Of a stretch of DNA of 64,000 bases, positions 46,836 to 56,511 are shown in pieces. Source of the stretch: an uncultured virus (IMG/VR IMGVR_UViG_3300028591_000016). Taxonomy: Duplodnaviria > Heunggongvirae > Uroviricota > Caudoviricetes. The notes under the pieces were generated by a model. It saw only the letters and a program-made list of their open reading frames with translations, ran no database searches and had not been told where the DNA came from. The translations under genes and the position numbers were made by a program. The stretch lies in IMG/VR virus record IMGVR_UViG_3300028591_000016. One strand, 5' to 3'. The first letter of the stretch is position 1. Each line of letters begins with the position of its first letter.

Positions 46836-48365
46836 TTATCCTTCAGTAGCGATGTAGATATGCGTGCCGTCCCTGGTACTCCTGCGCTGTCCTATGCCGA
46901 ACTGGGTCTTCAGCGAGGCATGGAACAGCTTCATGGACTTGGGCTGTCTGCCGGTGTCCCTGCAGAACCTACTGTAGGTCAGATAGAGCTCCGCTCTGTC
47001 GATAAGGGCCTGTCTGACCTCCTCCTTGTTCTGTATGTCCAGTTCGAGGTCTGTAGAGAGCCAGTCGAGCATGGTATCCTGCGCGGCCATCTGCTCCGAT
47101 TTCATCTCCTGCGACGCTTCGCAGATCAAGTACTCACCATCTAGATCGGTCTCGGTGAGCTCCTTGCCGTGCATCCTTCTGCGAAGCATGCACATCAATG
47201 ATACCAAAGCCTGCATAGCGAACCATTCCATGGCATCTGGCTCATAGAAGGTGCACTTTATGTTGCGGTCCTCCTTGAAGGTGGCATTGAAGGGTATGGC
47301 GTACATCCTTCTGGCCAATCCGCCGTCCATCCCGCCGAAATTGAGCAGGACATTGGACGCGAAGATGAACTTTCTGGGTCCGTAGCCCATATGGACGCTC
47401 TTATTCTTCGGATTGAAGGTGTACATCTCCCCGGAGGTCGATTTCTTGATGAATTCACGCACATCCGAGGTTGCCATCATCGCACTGCCGGGTCCGGCGG
47501 ACGAATCCGACGAGATATTGACCAATTTGCCCTCGGATTGGGCGATCGAGAAGGAATTTGCCATATCATACATGGAAAGCGTGGAAAAGTTCTCATTTCC
47601 TATCAATTTGCTCAGAATATCGAGCACGACCGACTTTCCATTGGCCCCAGCACCGTAGAGTATGGTGCAGGTGGGCACATTGAACGTCTTCGCGTACATT
47701 ATGTACCCCATTTGCTCGAAAAGCAGCTCGAAGAGCTTCTCGTCTCCGCACATCATCTCCAGATAGCGCTCGCGGATGCCGTTAGAGAGTGCGGAAGGGT
47801 TGAAATTGACGTCAAGGGGGTGTTCGATGAAGACATAAGAGGTTCTGGGAAGCAGTTTATTGTGTAATATGGAATAGACTCCGTTCTTGAATGGGATCAC
47901 TTCCCCTTCAAAATAAGGTTTTGTCAGCTCCCTGCGTGATTCCGTGGTCGCGAGGTTATCGATATCCGGCAGATTGGGGAGGATATTGACTTCCACCATA
48001 CTCGGGAATCTTGTCGACAAGGGGATATTAGGCGCAACATCCAATATCCCTCTGATCAGCTCATTCACCAGTATCTTGAGCGGGAGTTCATAGTAGTAAC
48101 CGGTTTTCATACTGAACCGGTATAGTATGAATTCCCCATCCTTCCTCACCCTGCAAACGCAACCCACATCTTTACAATATCTGCGGAGTCCGAGCCAATT
48201 GATCTCATATTTTCCCTTGGAAAAGGTCACAGGGGAATAGTCTGACAGCTGTGCCTCCTGACGCACATCGGTCAGGGTCGGGATATCGTCTGCAACGTCC
48301 GTACATGCCTTGAGCCGGGCCTCGAATTCAGGGGACCAAGCGGCAAAGTCTTCATCAGGGTTCAT
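46836..48365 (-). CDS. D5/P4-family SF3 helicase (primase-associated type)
   Basis: D5_N IPFKNGVY; Walker A GAGANGKS; EGKLVNISSD; FIFASN; GGLARR..IPF. Confidence 0.9.
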   Translation of the reverse strand: MNPDEDFAAWSPEFEARLKACTDVADDIPTLTDVRQEAQLSDYSPVTFSKGKYEINWLGLRRYCKDVGCVCRVRKDGEFILYRFSMKTGYYYELPLKILVNELIRGILDVAPNIPLSTRFPSMVEVNILPNLPDIDNLATTESRRELTKPYFEGEVIPFKNGVYSILHNKLLPRTSYVFIEHPLDVNFNPSALSNGIRERYLEMMCGDEKLFELLFEQMGYIMYAKTFNVPTCTILYGAGANGKSVVLDILSKLIGNENFSTLSMYDMANSFSIAQSEGKLVNISSDSSAGPGSAMMATSDVREFIKKSTSGEMYTFNPKNKSVHMGYGPRKFIFASNVLLNFGGMDGGLARRMYAIPFNATFKEDRNIKCTFYEPDAMEWFAMQALVSLMCMLRRRMHGKELTETDLDGEYLICEASQEMKSEQMAAQDTMLDWLSTDLELDIQNKEEVRQALIDRAELYLTYSRFCRDTGRQPKSMKLFHASLKTQFGIGQRRSTRDGTHIYIATEG

Positions 48366-48394
48366 GCGAATAGGATGGTCAAGGAGATATAAAT

Positions 48395-48478
48395 AGAAAA
48401 CGGACCGGATGAACCCAACAGGGCCGAAGCCCCCCGGTCCGGACACGTGTTTATCCCGCGACAGGAGTGAACGTATCG
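48395..48478 (-). ncRNA. candidate small structured RNA next to origin
   Basis: TTTTTTATA box at 48500-48508; CGGACCGG/CCGGTCCG stem enclosing a UUCG hairpin; ends in TTTTCT. Confidence 0.45.
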
Positions 48479-48514
48479 ATTGCTCATATGTATACCATCT
48501 ATAAAAAATCTCCC

Positions 48515-48674
48515 TGTGGATTCCATTTTGCAAGTGGATTCCATTTTGCAAGTGGATTGGATTTGATCCACTTCGCCTATTGCAAGTGGATTCTATTTTA
48601 CAAGTGGATTCAATCTGGATTCCTTTATATTTTAATATATAATTATTATAATATATAATCCACTTAATCCACTT
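48515..48674. repeat. iteron-type replication origin candidate
   Basis: GTGGATT at 48516, 48534, 48552, 48586, 48604 (18-bp period); inverted ATCCACTT at 48566, 48658, 48667; A/T-only tract 48624-48659. Confidence 0.75.
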
Positions 48675-48883
48675 AATATCTAAAGATTCTCACAGTAACA
48701 AGCAAAAACACAAAAAAGAGAGAATATATAGGAAGTGTATCAGGATTGTGGATTCGCGCACAGGAGGTTTCGCCCCGCCTAACCCCGATGGGTTTATACA
48801 TCTCCTCGGCATACTCCTATCTGCACGGTTTGATGCCTTCGTATGCATTCCACCTATTCACATCAGACCGGGCAGAGGTCCAT

Positions 48884-49450
48884 ATGAAAGCAGGCAAACT
48901 CACGCTGAAATACGTCCCCATCGACTCCCTCAAGGAGAACCCTGACAACGCAAGGGAGCACGGCTCCGAGATAGAGGAGCTCGTGCAGTCCATCGACAGG
49001 TTCGGATTTGCGGGAGAGATCAAGGTCGATAAGGACATGAACATCATCGCAGGGCATGGCAGACTCATCGCTGCGAAGAGGAACGGCATGAAGGAGGTCC
49101 CGGTCATGGTCCTTCCCTTCAATAAGGAGGAGGCGAAGGCCTTTGCGCTCATAGATAACAAGACCTCCGACGATTCCTCATGGATCATGGACCGCTACAA
49201 CAAACACGTGCAGGAGCTGAGGGACCTCGGATGGGACATGGGGTCCTTCGGGTTCACCTTGCCCGACTTCGGGGACTTCGCCCCGGAGATCCCGGGGGAG
49301 GAACAGCCGGAACCGGAGTTGCCGAGGCAACAGCCCAAGGCCCGCGACAGCTTCAATGTCATCGCCTATTGCAATGATGAGGAGACGAGGGACAAGGTGC
49401 TGGCGTTCCTCATAGAGAACAATATCGCGGGCCAAGTGTTAGGGAGTTGA
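48884..49450 (+). CDS. ParB/Srx-like domain protein
   Basis: IDSLKENPDNAREH...SIDRFGF...IIAGHGRLIAAK...LIDNK. Confidence 0.85.
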   Translation: MKAGKLTLKYVPIDSLKENPDNAREHGSEIEELVQSIDRFGFAGEIKVDKDMNIIAGHGRLIAAKRNGMKEVPVMVLPFNKEEAKAFALIDNKTSDDSSWIMDRYNKHVQELRDLGWDMGSFGFTLPDFGDFAPEIPGEEQPEPELPRQQPKARDSFNVIAYCNDEETRDKVLAFLIENNIAGQVLGS

Positions 49451-49455
49451 GAAGG

Positions 49456-51354
49456 ATGGCGGACGGGGTTTCGGTCAAGGCTCTGGAGAAGGCGGGACTC
49501 GAGAATATAGAAGGAGTCTACACCGGACCTGCCAGGGATTTGGCCGGGACCCGCTGGGAGTATGTCGGGATAGTCTCCCAGAGGGCCGCGATCACACCCG
49601 CCGGGCAATCCCTGACCCTGGAGGACATCACCCTTGCCGTTCTGAACGATGATGATAACCTCATCATCACGACCACTTCCGGGGACCTTATCACCGTAGC
49701 CCCTGACAGGTTCACGAACGAGATGCGCCAGCGCATCCGTAACATCCACAAGGGCGTCATAGCCGCATACGTGATGCCCAAATCGGACAGCGAGCTCAAG
49801 GACCTATTCCCTCTACTGTTCCCGGACTATCAGAGCAAGATGTACTACGACGAGCTTCGCGAGAGGGAGCGCATAGACATGTCCATGCTCGACCCGCTCA
49901 CCTATCCGAAGGGTACGATGGTCGATTATACGGACCAGATCGAGTATCTGTACTACGATGCCCTCGAGAGGAAACTGCGCGCGCTGGGCTGCAAGGGCCC
50001 ATTCCCGCCCGTGGAGGTGAGGAGGAGGGTCCTTTCCACTAAATTCTATGAGGCCAGGAAGAACCCGTTCAGGGAATGGCTGGAGTCCCTCGTATGGGAC
50101 GGGGAATCGAGAGTGGATACATGGTTCAAGAGGGTATTCAATGCCACCGCACCGCCGTTGGAGCAGTACGGACTCCAGGACCTCTATCTGATGAAGGTGG
50201 CGAGGGCATGGTTCTGCGGAGCCGTCGCCAGAGCCTATAACCCCATCGTCCACGAGGTCGTGCCCGTGTTCATCGGAGGACAGGGTATCGGAAAGACCTC
50301 TGGCCTGAGGTATACGGCAGGAAAGGACGAATGGTTCACCGACACGACCGTCGATGTAGCGTCAAGCAACGGCCCCAAGGAGTTCCTCGATGCGGTGAGG
50401 GGGATAATCCTCGTAGAGATGTCTGAGGGGTCCCAGCTCCGCACGAAGGACCAGGACAAACTGAAGGCCTTCATATCCAAACGTGAGGACCAGTACCGTA
50501 AACCCTATTCCCGCAGGGATGAGGTGTTCCCCAGACACTTCATCCTCGCCGCATCGTCGAACATGGATAACGTCTTCACCGATCTCACAGGCAACAGGCG
50601 TTACTATCCCATTTATTGCCATGCTGCCACCTTCTCCGACCGTACAGAGTACGACAGGGCGCAGGTATGGGCAGAGGCCAAGGTCATGTATGACGCTGGA
50701 GAGCACACATACATCGATTCAAGCTGGTTCCCTGCAATGGTCATGCAGGAGTATGCCACCGCGGATAATGCGAACGTCTCGATGATCGAGTCCTATCTGG
50801 ACAACCCCAATAACGATAATGGGGTCTATACGAAGATAGGGGCCGTCATCACCAAGGAGGAGGCCATGTACAAGATCTTCGGCAAGGCTCATGTATTGGC
50901 CAATTCCCCGGAGGACCATGCCTGGAAATCGTGGATAAACGGCACCAGATGTTGGGTGAAAACGGAGAGGCCGGTCAAGGTAGCCTTCTCCGCAGTCCCC
51001 CAGAGAGCATATGAGAGAATAAGGTCGCCCCTGCAGAACCCCTATATGCATGGGTCGATCACAAAAGAGAGCAAGGAGAAACTGATGAAAACCTGCTTGG
51101 ACGAAGCTAAATTCACTCTCCCGCCGAATGGCGGAGAAGAGGGCAATCCATCCATCGAGAGGAGGTTCAGAGGCAAGGTACCCTCTGAGATCTACAGGAT
51201 GATCTGCGAAGAGCAGCATATCTCACTGGCCTATTCCAAGATAAAGGCCGATGACCTTATGCCCGAGACGTTGAGGATCCTCCTCGACAACGGCCTTGTC
51301 TATTACGACAGGAGCAAGCAGGAGTATCGTACAGTGGTTCCGCTGGACGAATGA
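49456..51354 (+). CDS. VirE/VapE-family helicase
   Basis: NPFREWLESLVWDG, Walker A GGQGIGKT, LVEMSE, LKAFIS...YRKPY, DLTGNRRY, QVWAEA. Confidence 0.9.
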   Translation: MADGVSVKALEKAGLENIEGVYTGPARDLAGTRWEYVGIVSQRAAITPAGQSLTLEDITLAVLNDDDNLIITTTSGDLITVAPDRFTNEMRQRIRNIHKGVIAAYVMPKSDSELKDLFPLLFPDYQSKMYYDELRERERIDMSMLDPLTYPKGTMVDYTDQIEYLYYDALERKLRALGCKGPFPPVEVRRRVLSTKFYEARKNPFREWLESLVWDGESRVDTWFKRVFNATAPPLEQYGLQDLYLMKVARAWFCGAVARAYNPIVHEVVPVFIGGQGIGKTSGLRYTAGKDEWFTDTTVDVASSNGPKEFLDAVRGIILVEMSEGSQLRTKDQDKLKAFISKREDQYRKPYSRRDEVFPRHFILAASSNMDNVFTDLTGNRRYYPIYCHAATFSDRTEYDRAQVWAEAKVMYDAGEHTYIDSSWFPAMVMQEYATADNANVSMIESYLDNPNNDNGVYTKIGAVITKEEAMYKIFGKAHVLANSPEDHAWKSWINGTRCWVKTERPVKVAFSAVPQRAYERIRSPLQNPYMHGSITKESKEKLMKTCLDEAKFTLPPNGGEEGNPSIERRFRGKVPSEIYRMICEEQHISLAYSKIKADDLMPETLRILLDNGLVYYDRSKQEYRTVVPLDE

Positions 51355-51355
51355 G

Positions 51356-52696
51356 ATGAAGACATTATACCCCCATCAAAGACTCGGCATAGCCTGTATG
51401 GATACGACCGATAATCTGGGCCTGTTCTATGAGCCCGGGACCGGGAAGACCATCATGGCCCTAACGTGGATTCTGGGAGCCCTCAAGGACTGCAGGATTG
51501 CCGATGCGTTGATCGTCGCACCTGCATCTCTGGTGCCGAACTGGGAGAAGGACATCGAGGAGGCCACGCAGTTCGACCATATCACAGAGGACGATGTGAA
51601 GATGCTGAAGAGGTACGTCACCATCCGCTCATATCAGAAGCTCTACCGTACATCCACGGATAAGATCACTGAAAGACGCAAGATATACCTCCGTGAGGAC
51701 GTGGATAAGGAATGGGGTGCAATCATCATTGACGAGTCCCAGGGACTTGGGGGTCACAACTCCGTGCAGACGAAGGTCTGTCTCTCCATGGCCAATCTGG
51801 CAGACTACAGGTATATCTTAACGGGCACACCGGTTAGCGGAAGCGCCAAGACTGGAGGGGAGGACCTTGCCAAGTTATACGGTCAGTTCAAGTTCCTCAG
51901 ACCCAACATCTGGAAGAACTGGACCGAGTGGTGCAGGAAGTATGTGCTCGCATACGATAAGTTCTACAAGCCCATCAGATATGACGTTGAGGCCCTTCAC
52001 AAGGTCATGAACGAAATGGCCATCTCTGTCAGGCTGCAGGACTGCGTGGACCTGCCCGGGGAGATCAAGACGAACGTCCCATGTCCCCTATCCGAGCAAA
52101 AGGCATATACGGACATCCGCAAGGGTGCCACGGAGAAATATGGGTTCGAGATAAAGACTGCCGGCGGTCAGTACACAAAGCTACTGCAACTATGTTCCGG
52201 ATCGCTGAAGAATGATTCCGGGGATACGGATACGTATTCAACCTCAAAGGACGAGGTCTTGAAGGAGCTGCTCATCGATAATCCTGAACCGCTGGTCATC
52301 TTCTGCATGTACAGGGCAAGCATAGACAGGTGCGAGAGGATTGCCAAGGCCGCGGGAAGGAACCCTGTTGTATTCGACGGACGTTCCAAAGGTCCCACAT
52401 GGAAGGAGTTCACTGATGGGAAGAGGGACGTCGTGATATCGCAATACGCAGCTGGAGGTGCAGGGCTGAACCTGCAGAGGGGTGCGTTCATGATCCTTTA
52501 TGAGCCCTGCTTCTCCACCCGCCATCTCACACAGGCGCTGGCGAGGATTCAGCGTACGGGTCAGACCAAGGTCTGCAGATATATGTTCCTCTACACGCCT
52601 GGAACGGTCGAGCAGAAGGTCATGGAGTCTGTGCAGAACGGTCAGGACGTTGTTGCCGAGACATTCCGTAAGTGGGCGGAGGAAGGCTCCATTTAA
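51356..52696 (+). CDS. SNF2-like SF2 helicase
   Basis: LYPHQ, PGTGKT, IIDES, LTGTP, GAGLNLQ, QALARIQRTGQ. Confidence 0.9.
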   Translation: MKTLYPHQRLGIACMDTTDNLGLFYEPGTGKTIMALTWILGALKDCRIADALIVAPASLVPNWEKDIEEATQFDHITEDDVKMLKRYVTIRSYQKLYRTSTDKITERRKIYLREDVDKEWGAIIIDESQGLGGHNSVQTKVCLSMANLADYRYILTGTPVSGSAKTGGEDLAKLYGQFKFLRPNIWKNWTEWCRKYVLAYDKFYKPIRYDVEALHKVMNEMAISVRLQDCVDLPGEIKTNVPCPLSEQKAYTDIRKGATEKYGFEIKTAGGQYTKLLQLCSGSLKNDSGDTDTYSTSKDEVLKELLIDNPEPLVIFCMYRASIDRCERIAKAAGRNPVVFDGRSKGPTWKEFTDGKRDVVISQYAAGGAGLNLQRGAFMILYEPCFSTRHLTQALARIQRTGQTKVCRYMFLYTPGTVEQKVMESVQNGQDVVAETFRKWAEEGSI

Positions 52697-52748
52697 CGAT
52701 GGGATCTATTAAATACTATGACTCCATATTGTTTTTTGGAGGAAGCTT

Positions 52749-53621
52749 ATGGCAGAATCTACTGAAAGAAAAGATGTAATTGCGTATTACAAGAAAGTGA
52801 ACAAATTGCGTGAGATGACATTGACTTGCGATTTCACGAAGGATAAGACACTCTCCGGTCTCGGGCCAAAACCGGTCCCCTACCTTTCGGCAGGGAAGAT
52901 CCGCCAGCAGTTCGCGCCTCTCTTCTCGCAGGTGGGACTGGAGCTCGAGACCAGCTTCACGGATGTGAAAGAACTCCCTGCACTCGGTTCCAGGGGCATG
53001 CAGCACTGGCTTGTGACCTTCACAGTCAGGTTCATCGACGTGGACACCGGCTACGCAGGCCCGACCATGACATACGTCGGTGAGGGATCGGATGTTCAGG
53101 ACAAAGGGATCAGGAAGGCCATGACCTTCGCATACAAGTCCTGGCTCAGCGACATGTTCTGCATCGAGGAAGGCATCGACCCCGAGGCGGAGTCAAGAGT
53201 GGAGAGCACATACATCCCCAAGACCGCAGAGGAGAAGGTCGAGATCAAGACCAAGCTTGCAGAGAAGGCCATAAAGCCGCCTGTAGCGCCTTCTGCAACA
53301 AAAGTAGAGTCCACACCTGCCCCGAAGCCCGAAATCCCCGCAAAACCCGCCATTGAGGCCCCTGTGAAGCCGGCAGAGGCAGTTAAGGAGGCTCCCGCAC
53401 CCGTTGCGGCCGAGATTCCCGAGCCGGGATGCGATGCAGGCTTCAAACCGACCGCTCCGCTGGCGAAAACGCTGAAGGAGAGGTACCAGAACTGGCAGGA
53501 AGCCTCCCAGAAGGGCTTTGTGGCCAAGGAGGTCTTCGAAAAGATGGTCACGGCCTACAGGAACATCAATGACATGGGTGCGGCGATCAGTTTCAACACC
53601 AAATTCCCTGCTCAGAAGTGA
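52749..53621 (+). CDS. ERF-family single-strand annealing protein
   Basis: GEGSDVQDKGIRKAMTFAYK...FCI...DPE; Pro/Ala linker. Confidence 0.8.
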   Translation: MAESTERKDVIAYYKKVNKLREMTLTCDFTKDKTLSGLGPKPVPYLSAGKIRQQFAPLFSQVGLELETSFTDVKELPALGSRGMQHWLVTFTVRFIDVDTGYAGPTMTYVGEGSDVQDKGIRKAMTFAYKSWLSDMFCIEEGIDPEAESRVESTYIPKTAEEKVEIKTKLAEKAIKPPVAPSATKVESTPAPKPEIPAKPAIEAPVKPAEAVKEAPAPVAAEIPEPGCDAGFKPTAPLAKTLKERYQNWQEASQKGFVAKEVFEKMVTAYRNINDMGAAISFNTKFPAQK

Positions 53622-53626
53622 TTTTG

Positions 53627-54688
53627 ATGGCAGACCGCAAGTATACCGACCCAAAATGTGCCTTTGTACTCCGTGAGGGCCGTGTCGAGACCGATGAATC
53701 GGTCAAAGGCAAGGTCACAGGCACTATGATGGGCGGAATTCTCGGAAAATCGCCCTTTTCCAGCCCCTTTTTGGTCGCGTGCGACCTTCTGGGGGTCGGA
53801 AGAGAGGATTTGGACGGTAAACTGGAGGTCGAAATCGGGAAATTCCTCGAGCCGAAGCTCATCGACTACTGTGCGGAGCGCTATCAGGACATCGGAGCCT
53901 TCGTGAAGGCCGAGGATGTGTTCGAAAAGAGGGACGGAGACCATGATTCGTGGGCTTCGGACTGGGAAGACGACACTTTTGCGGGCCATTTGGACGGTGT
54001 CGTGGTCAGAGACGACGGGAATTACGTCCTGGAGGTCAAGACTACGGGCAATATCGCCTCTTGGGAGAACGGTGTGCCCGAGAATTACCTCCTCCAGGTC
54101 GCTCTGTACAACTATTTCATGTACAAAAAGGACAAGGCATACATCATCCTGGGCATCGTGGACGATGAGACCCGCAAGGATATGGAGTCTTGGACGCCGA
54201 ATGACGACAACGTGATGCTTTTCGAGGTCCCGATGGACGAACAGTTCATCCTTCAGGCCATGGTAGACGTCACTGCGTGGCGTGAGCAGTGGATCCTGTG
54301 CAACGCATGCACCCCTCCTTACGACCCGGCCAACCCCAGGGACGTGGACATGTGGAACCATCTGGTCGCCATATCCGCTGCGCCAGAGGATATCCAGAAT
54401 GATCTGGACGCTTTAGAGTCCTTATCTGCGGAACTTGCGGCCAAGAGGGCTGAGATCAAGCCCTTGGAAGACCAAATGGATACTCTGGAGAAGAAGGTCA
54501 AGGAGTACATGGTGTCCACTAATAAGATGGAACTCACCACGTCCTCCGGGACCATGCGCGGAGTGATATCTCATTCCGTAAGGACATCCGTCGACAAGAA
54601 GAAGCTCATCCAGGCAGGGATCGACCCCGAGCCCTACCTGACCAGAACTGAGGTAAACACTTTCTCCTTCAAGAAAGCGAAGGAGTGA
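53627..54688 (+). CDS. YqaJ-like (lambda-exo family) exonuclease
   Basis: TGTMMGGILGKSPF, GKFLEP, GHLDG, LEVKT, PENYLLQV..Y. Confidence 0.85.
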   Translation: MADRKYTDPKCAFVLREGRVETDESVKGKVTGTMMGGILGKSPFSSPFLVACDLLGVGREDLDGKLEVEIGKFLEPKLIDYCAERYQDIGAFVKAEDVFEKRDGDHDSWASDWEDDTFAGHLDGVVVRDDGNYVLEVKTTGNIASWENGVPENYLLQVALYNYFMYKKDKAYIILGIVDDETRKDMESWTPNDDNVMLFEVPMDEQFILQAMVDVTAWREQWILCNACTPPYDPANPRDVDMWNHLVAISAAPEDIQNDLDALESLSAELAAKRAEIKPLEDQMDTLEKKVKEYMVSTNKMELTTSSGTMRGVISHSVRTSVDKKKLIQAGIDPEPYLTRTEVNTFSFKKAKE

Positions 54689-54719
54689 AACGACTTAATA
54701 CAACAATAGGAAGGATACA

Positions 54720-55154
54720 ATGACATTCGAATCTAAGGATTGGGAATTTAGCAACATGAGCACTGAGACCGAGTTCGTTCAGCCCGAGGCAGGAGACCAG
54801 TATCTCTACATCGAGAGCGCGTCCTATGACCCCGACTCGGCACACATGGACATCAACTTCAGGTCTCTCGGGAACGGGGCCGAGTTCAGGATCAGATACT
54901 TCATGCTGACCAAGAACGGCAACCAGAACGGGTTCACCGGCAGGGTCCTGAGGACACTGGGAAAAGCAGTGAACAATGAGGACAAGGTCCTGGCACCCAG
55001 CGACATCGAGGGTGCGGTCGTCCGTGCCAACGTGATGTTCACCACGCCCAAGGAGGAGGGAGGCAAATCCTACCCCAAGATCGAGGAGTTCCTCCCCGTC
55101 TCCAAGGACCTGGCGGAATTCTCCGGCAAGCCTGACCAGTACTTCGAGGACTGA
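54720..55154 (+). CDS. putative ssDNA-binding protein (DUF669-like)
   Basis: After Exo/ERF; PEAGDQYLYIESA...YPKIEEF, acidic aromatic C-terminus. Confidence 0.55.
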   Translation: MTFESKDWEFSNMSTETEFVQPEAGDQYLYIESASYDPDSAHMDINFRSLGNGAEFRIRYFMLTKNGNQNGFTGRVLRTLGKAVNNEDKVLAPSDIEGAVVRANVMFTTPKEEGGKSYPKIEEFLPVSKDLAEFSGKPDQYFED

Positions 55155-55158
55155 TCTC

Positions 55159-55431
55159 GTGAAGTTCTACCTCACAACGACCGTCAAGGTTGTGGGGGGC
55201 TCATCCCTCTGCGTCTATGTCCCCCATATGTGGAAGCTGGATGCAGGGGATGAGGTGAACGTGACCGTGCGTAAGGCCGAGGATGAGGGTGAACACGCTG
55301 TCGTATTCACCTACATCGCGACCATACGCGCCGCCAATTCCGGGAATGGACGTAAAATCACCATTCCCAAATTCTTCGGCCTCAATGCCGGAGACTGGGT
55401 CACACTCGCACTTGAGGTCATCCCGATATGA
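55159..55431 (+). CDS. tandem AbrB/SpoVT-like regulator
   Basis: Two repeats: GGSSLCVYVP...LDAGDEV and GNGRKITIP..GLNAGDWV. Confidence 0.7.
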   Translation: MKFYLTTTVKVVGGSSLCVYVPHMWKLDAGDEVNVTVRKAEDEGEHAVVFTYIATIRAANSGNGRKITIPKFFGLNAGDWVTLALEVIPI

Positions 55432-55715
55432 CGCCTGAGGGCAAGATCAAGAAGGAGATCCGCGACTGGCTCTCCGTCAACCTGATTTACTGGACCAACG
55501 TGGCAGGGGGAGCATACGTCAACCCGGGGGCGCCGGACATAATCGCCGACGTCAACGGGCATTTCCTTGCCATCGAGGCCAAGACCAAGACGGGGAGGCA
55601 GTCCGAGTACCAGAAGGCCTGTGAAAGACAGGTGGCGGCATCGGGCGGTACATATATCGTCGCACGTTCCCTTCAGGACGTCGTGGAAGCGGTCGCCCTC
55701 CTCAAAACCCTTTAA
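55428..55715 (+). CDS. VRR-NUC nuclease or Holliday junction resolvase
   Basis: MTPEGKIK, GAPDII, AIEAK..TGRQSEYQ, GGTYIVARS. Confidence 0.9.
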   Translation: MTPEGKIKKEIRDWLSVNLIYWTNVAGGAYVNPGAPDIIADVNGHFLAIEAKTKTGRQSEYQKACERQVAASGGTYIVARSLQDVVEAVALLKTL

Positions 55716-55757
55716 AACCGCCTTTCTTTTTTTATACTCTCATATCGATGGGACATC

Positions 55758-56507
55758 ATGCCCTTCGCCGTACCTGAATGTCATTACTGCGACCCGGAGA
55801 TGGTCGCGGATACATTGGATCTGCCTGACCCAATCAATCCAAACGATGTCTACAAATTCTCCAACATCTCACACCCCAATTACAATGAGGTATGCAGACT
55901 CATCGCGTCCAATGAGGATAAGATCGACAGACGTCTGAAGAGGAGCTGGAGACCCCATAAAACTGTCACCCAGATGTTGGATATCCCCAGATATCAGCAT
56001 GACGAGAACTCGTGGAGGAGCGACTATTATCTGTACAACGGATACACAATCCCGCTTATGAGGGACATCCTTCCGTGGGACCCGGAGAAGGGCGACAAGC
56101 TGGAGATCAGGACATACAGCGGCGTATGGCATGACATCTCCAACCTCTATTCCGACCTCGGGATGAGGTCCAACTCATTCTCCTTCGACTACAATGGCGG
56201 CAGACTCTTCCTCAGGACATTCTGGCGTCAGCCCAGATACAATGCGGTCCGCATCACCTATAGGTACGGTGGCGGTGAGGACAGCGAGACCGGTGCGGAG
56301 GAGGTGCCGTACGCGATACAGCGTCTCTGCTGCCTCATGACCGCGATCCAGATACTCAACAGCCAGTTCTGGGTGATCAAGGTCGGGGCCGGAGGGGACA
56401 TCGGTGCGGTCAGGAATTCGATGATCCGCCTTTGGCAGGATGAGATCAATGAGATCATCAGCTCCTATCAGCGTCCCGGACGCGTAATCAGCATGCTGAC
56501 CAGGTGA
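55758..56507 (+). CDS. head-tail adaptor protein
   Basis: First gene of tail operon; VRITYRYGG...VPYAIQRLCCLMTA motif. Confidence 0.7.
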   Translation: MPFAVPECHYCDPEMVADTLDLPDPINPNDVYKFSNISHPNYNEVCRLIASNEDKIDRRLKRSWRPHKTVTQMLDIPRYQHDENSWRSDYYLYNGYTIPLMRDILPWDPEKGDKLEIRTYSGVWHDISNLYSDLGMRSNSFSFDYNGGRLFLRTFWRQPRYNAVRITYRYGGGEDSETGAEEVPYAIQRLCCLMTAIQILNSQFWVIKVGAGGDIGAVRNSMIRLWQDEINEIISSYQRPGRVISMLTR

Positions 56508-56511
56508 TACC

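Noticed and set aside
48401..48441. Hammerhead ribozyme-like CGGATGA...CGAAG on the + strand
   Set aside because: Core deviates from CUGAUGA and GAAA; the minus-strand UUCG fold explains it better
48366..48551. N-terminal extension of the D5 helicase (MQNGIHLQNGIH...)
   Set aside because: Translation of origin repeats and promoter DNA
48515..48623. Possible mini-CRISPR array
   Set aside because: Period is only 18 bp with no unique spacers, inverted copies are present and no cas genes are visible; fits iterons
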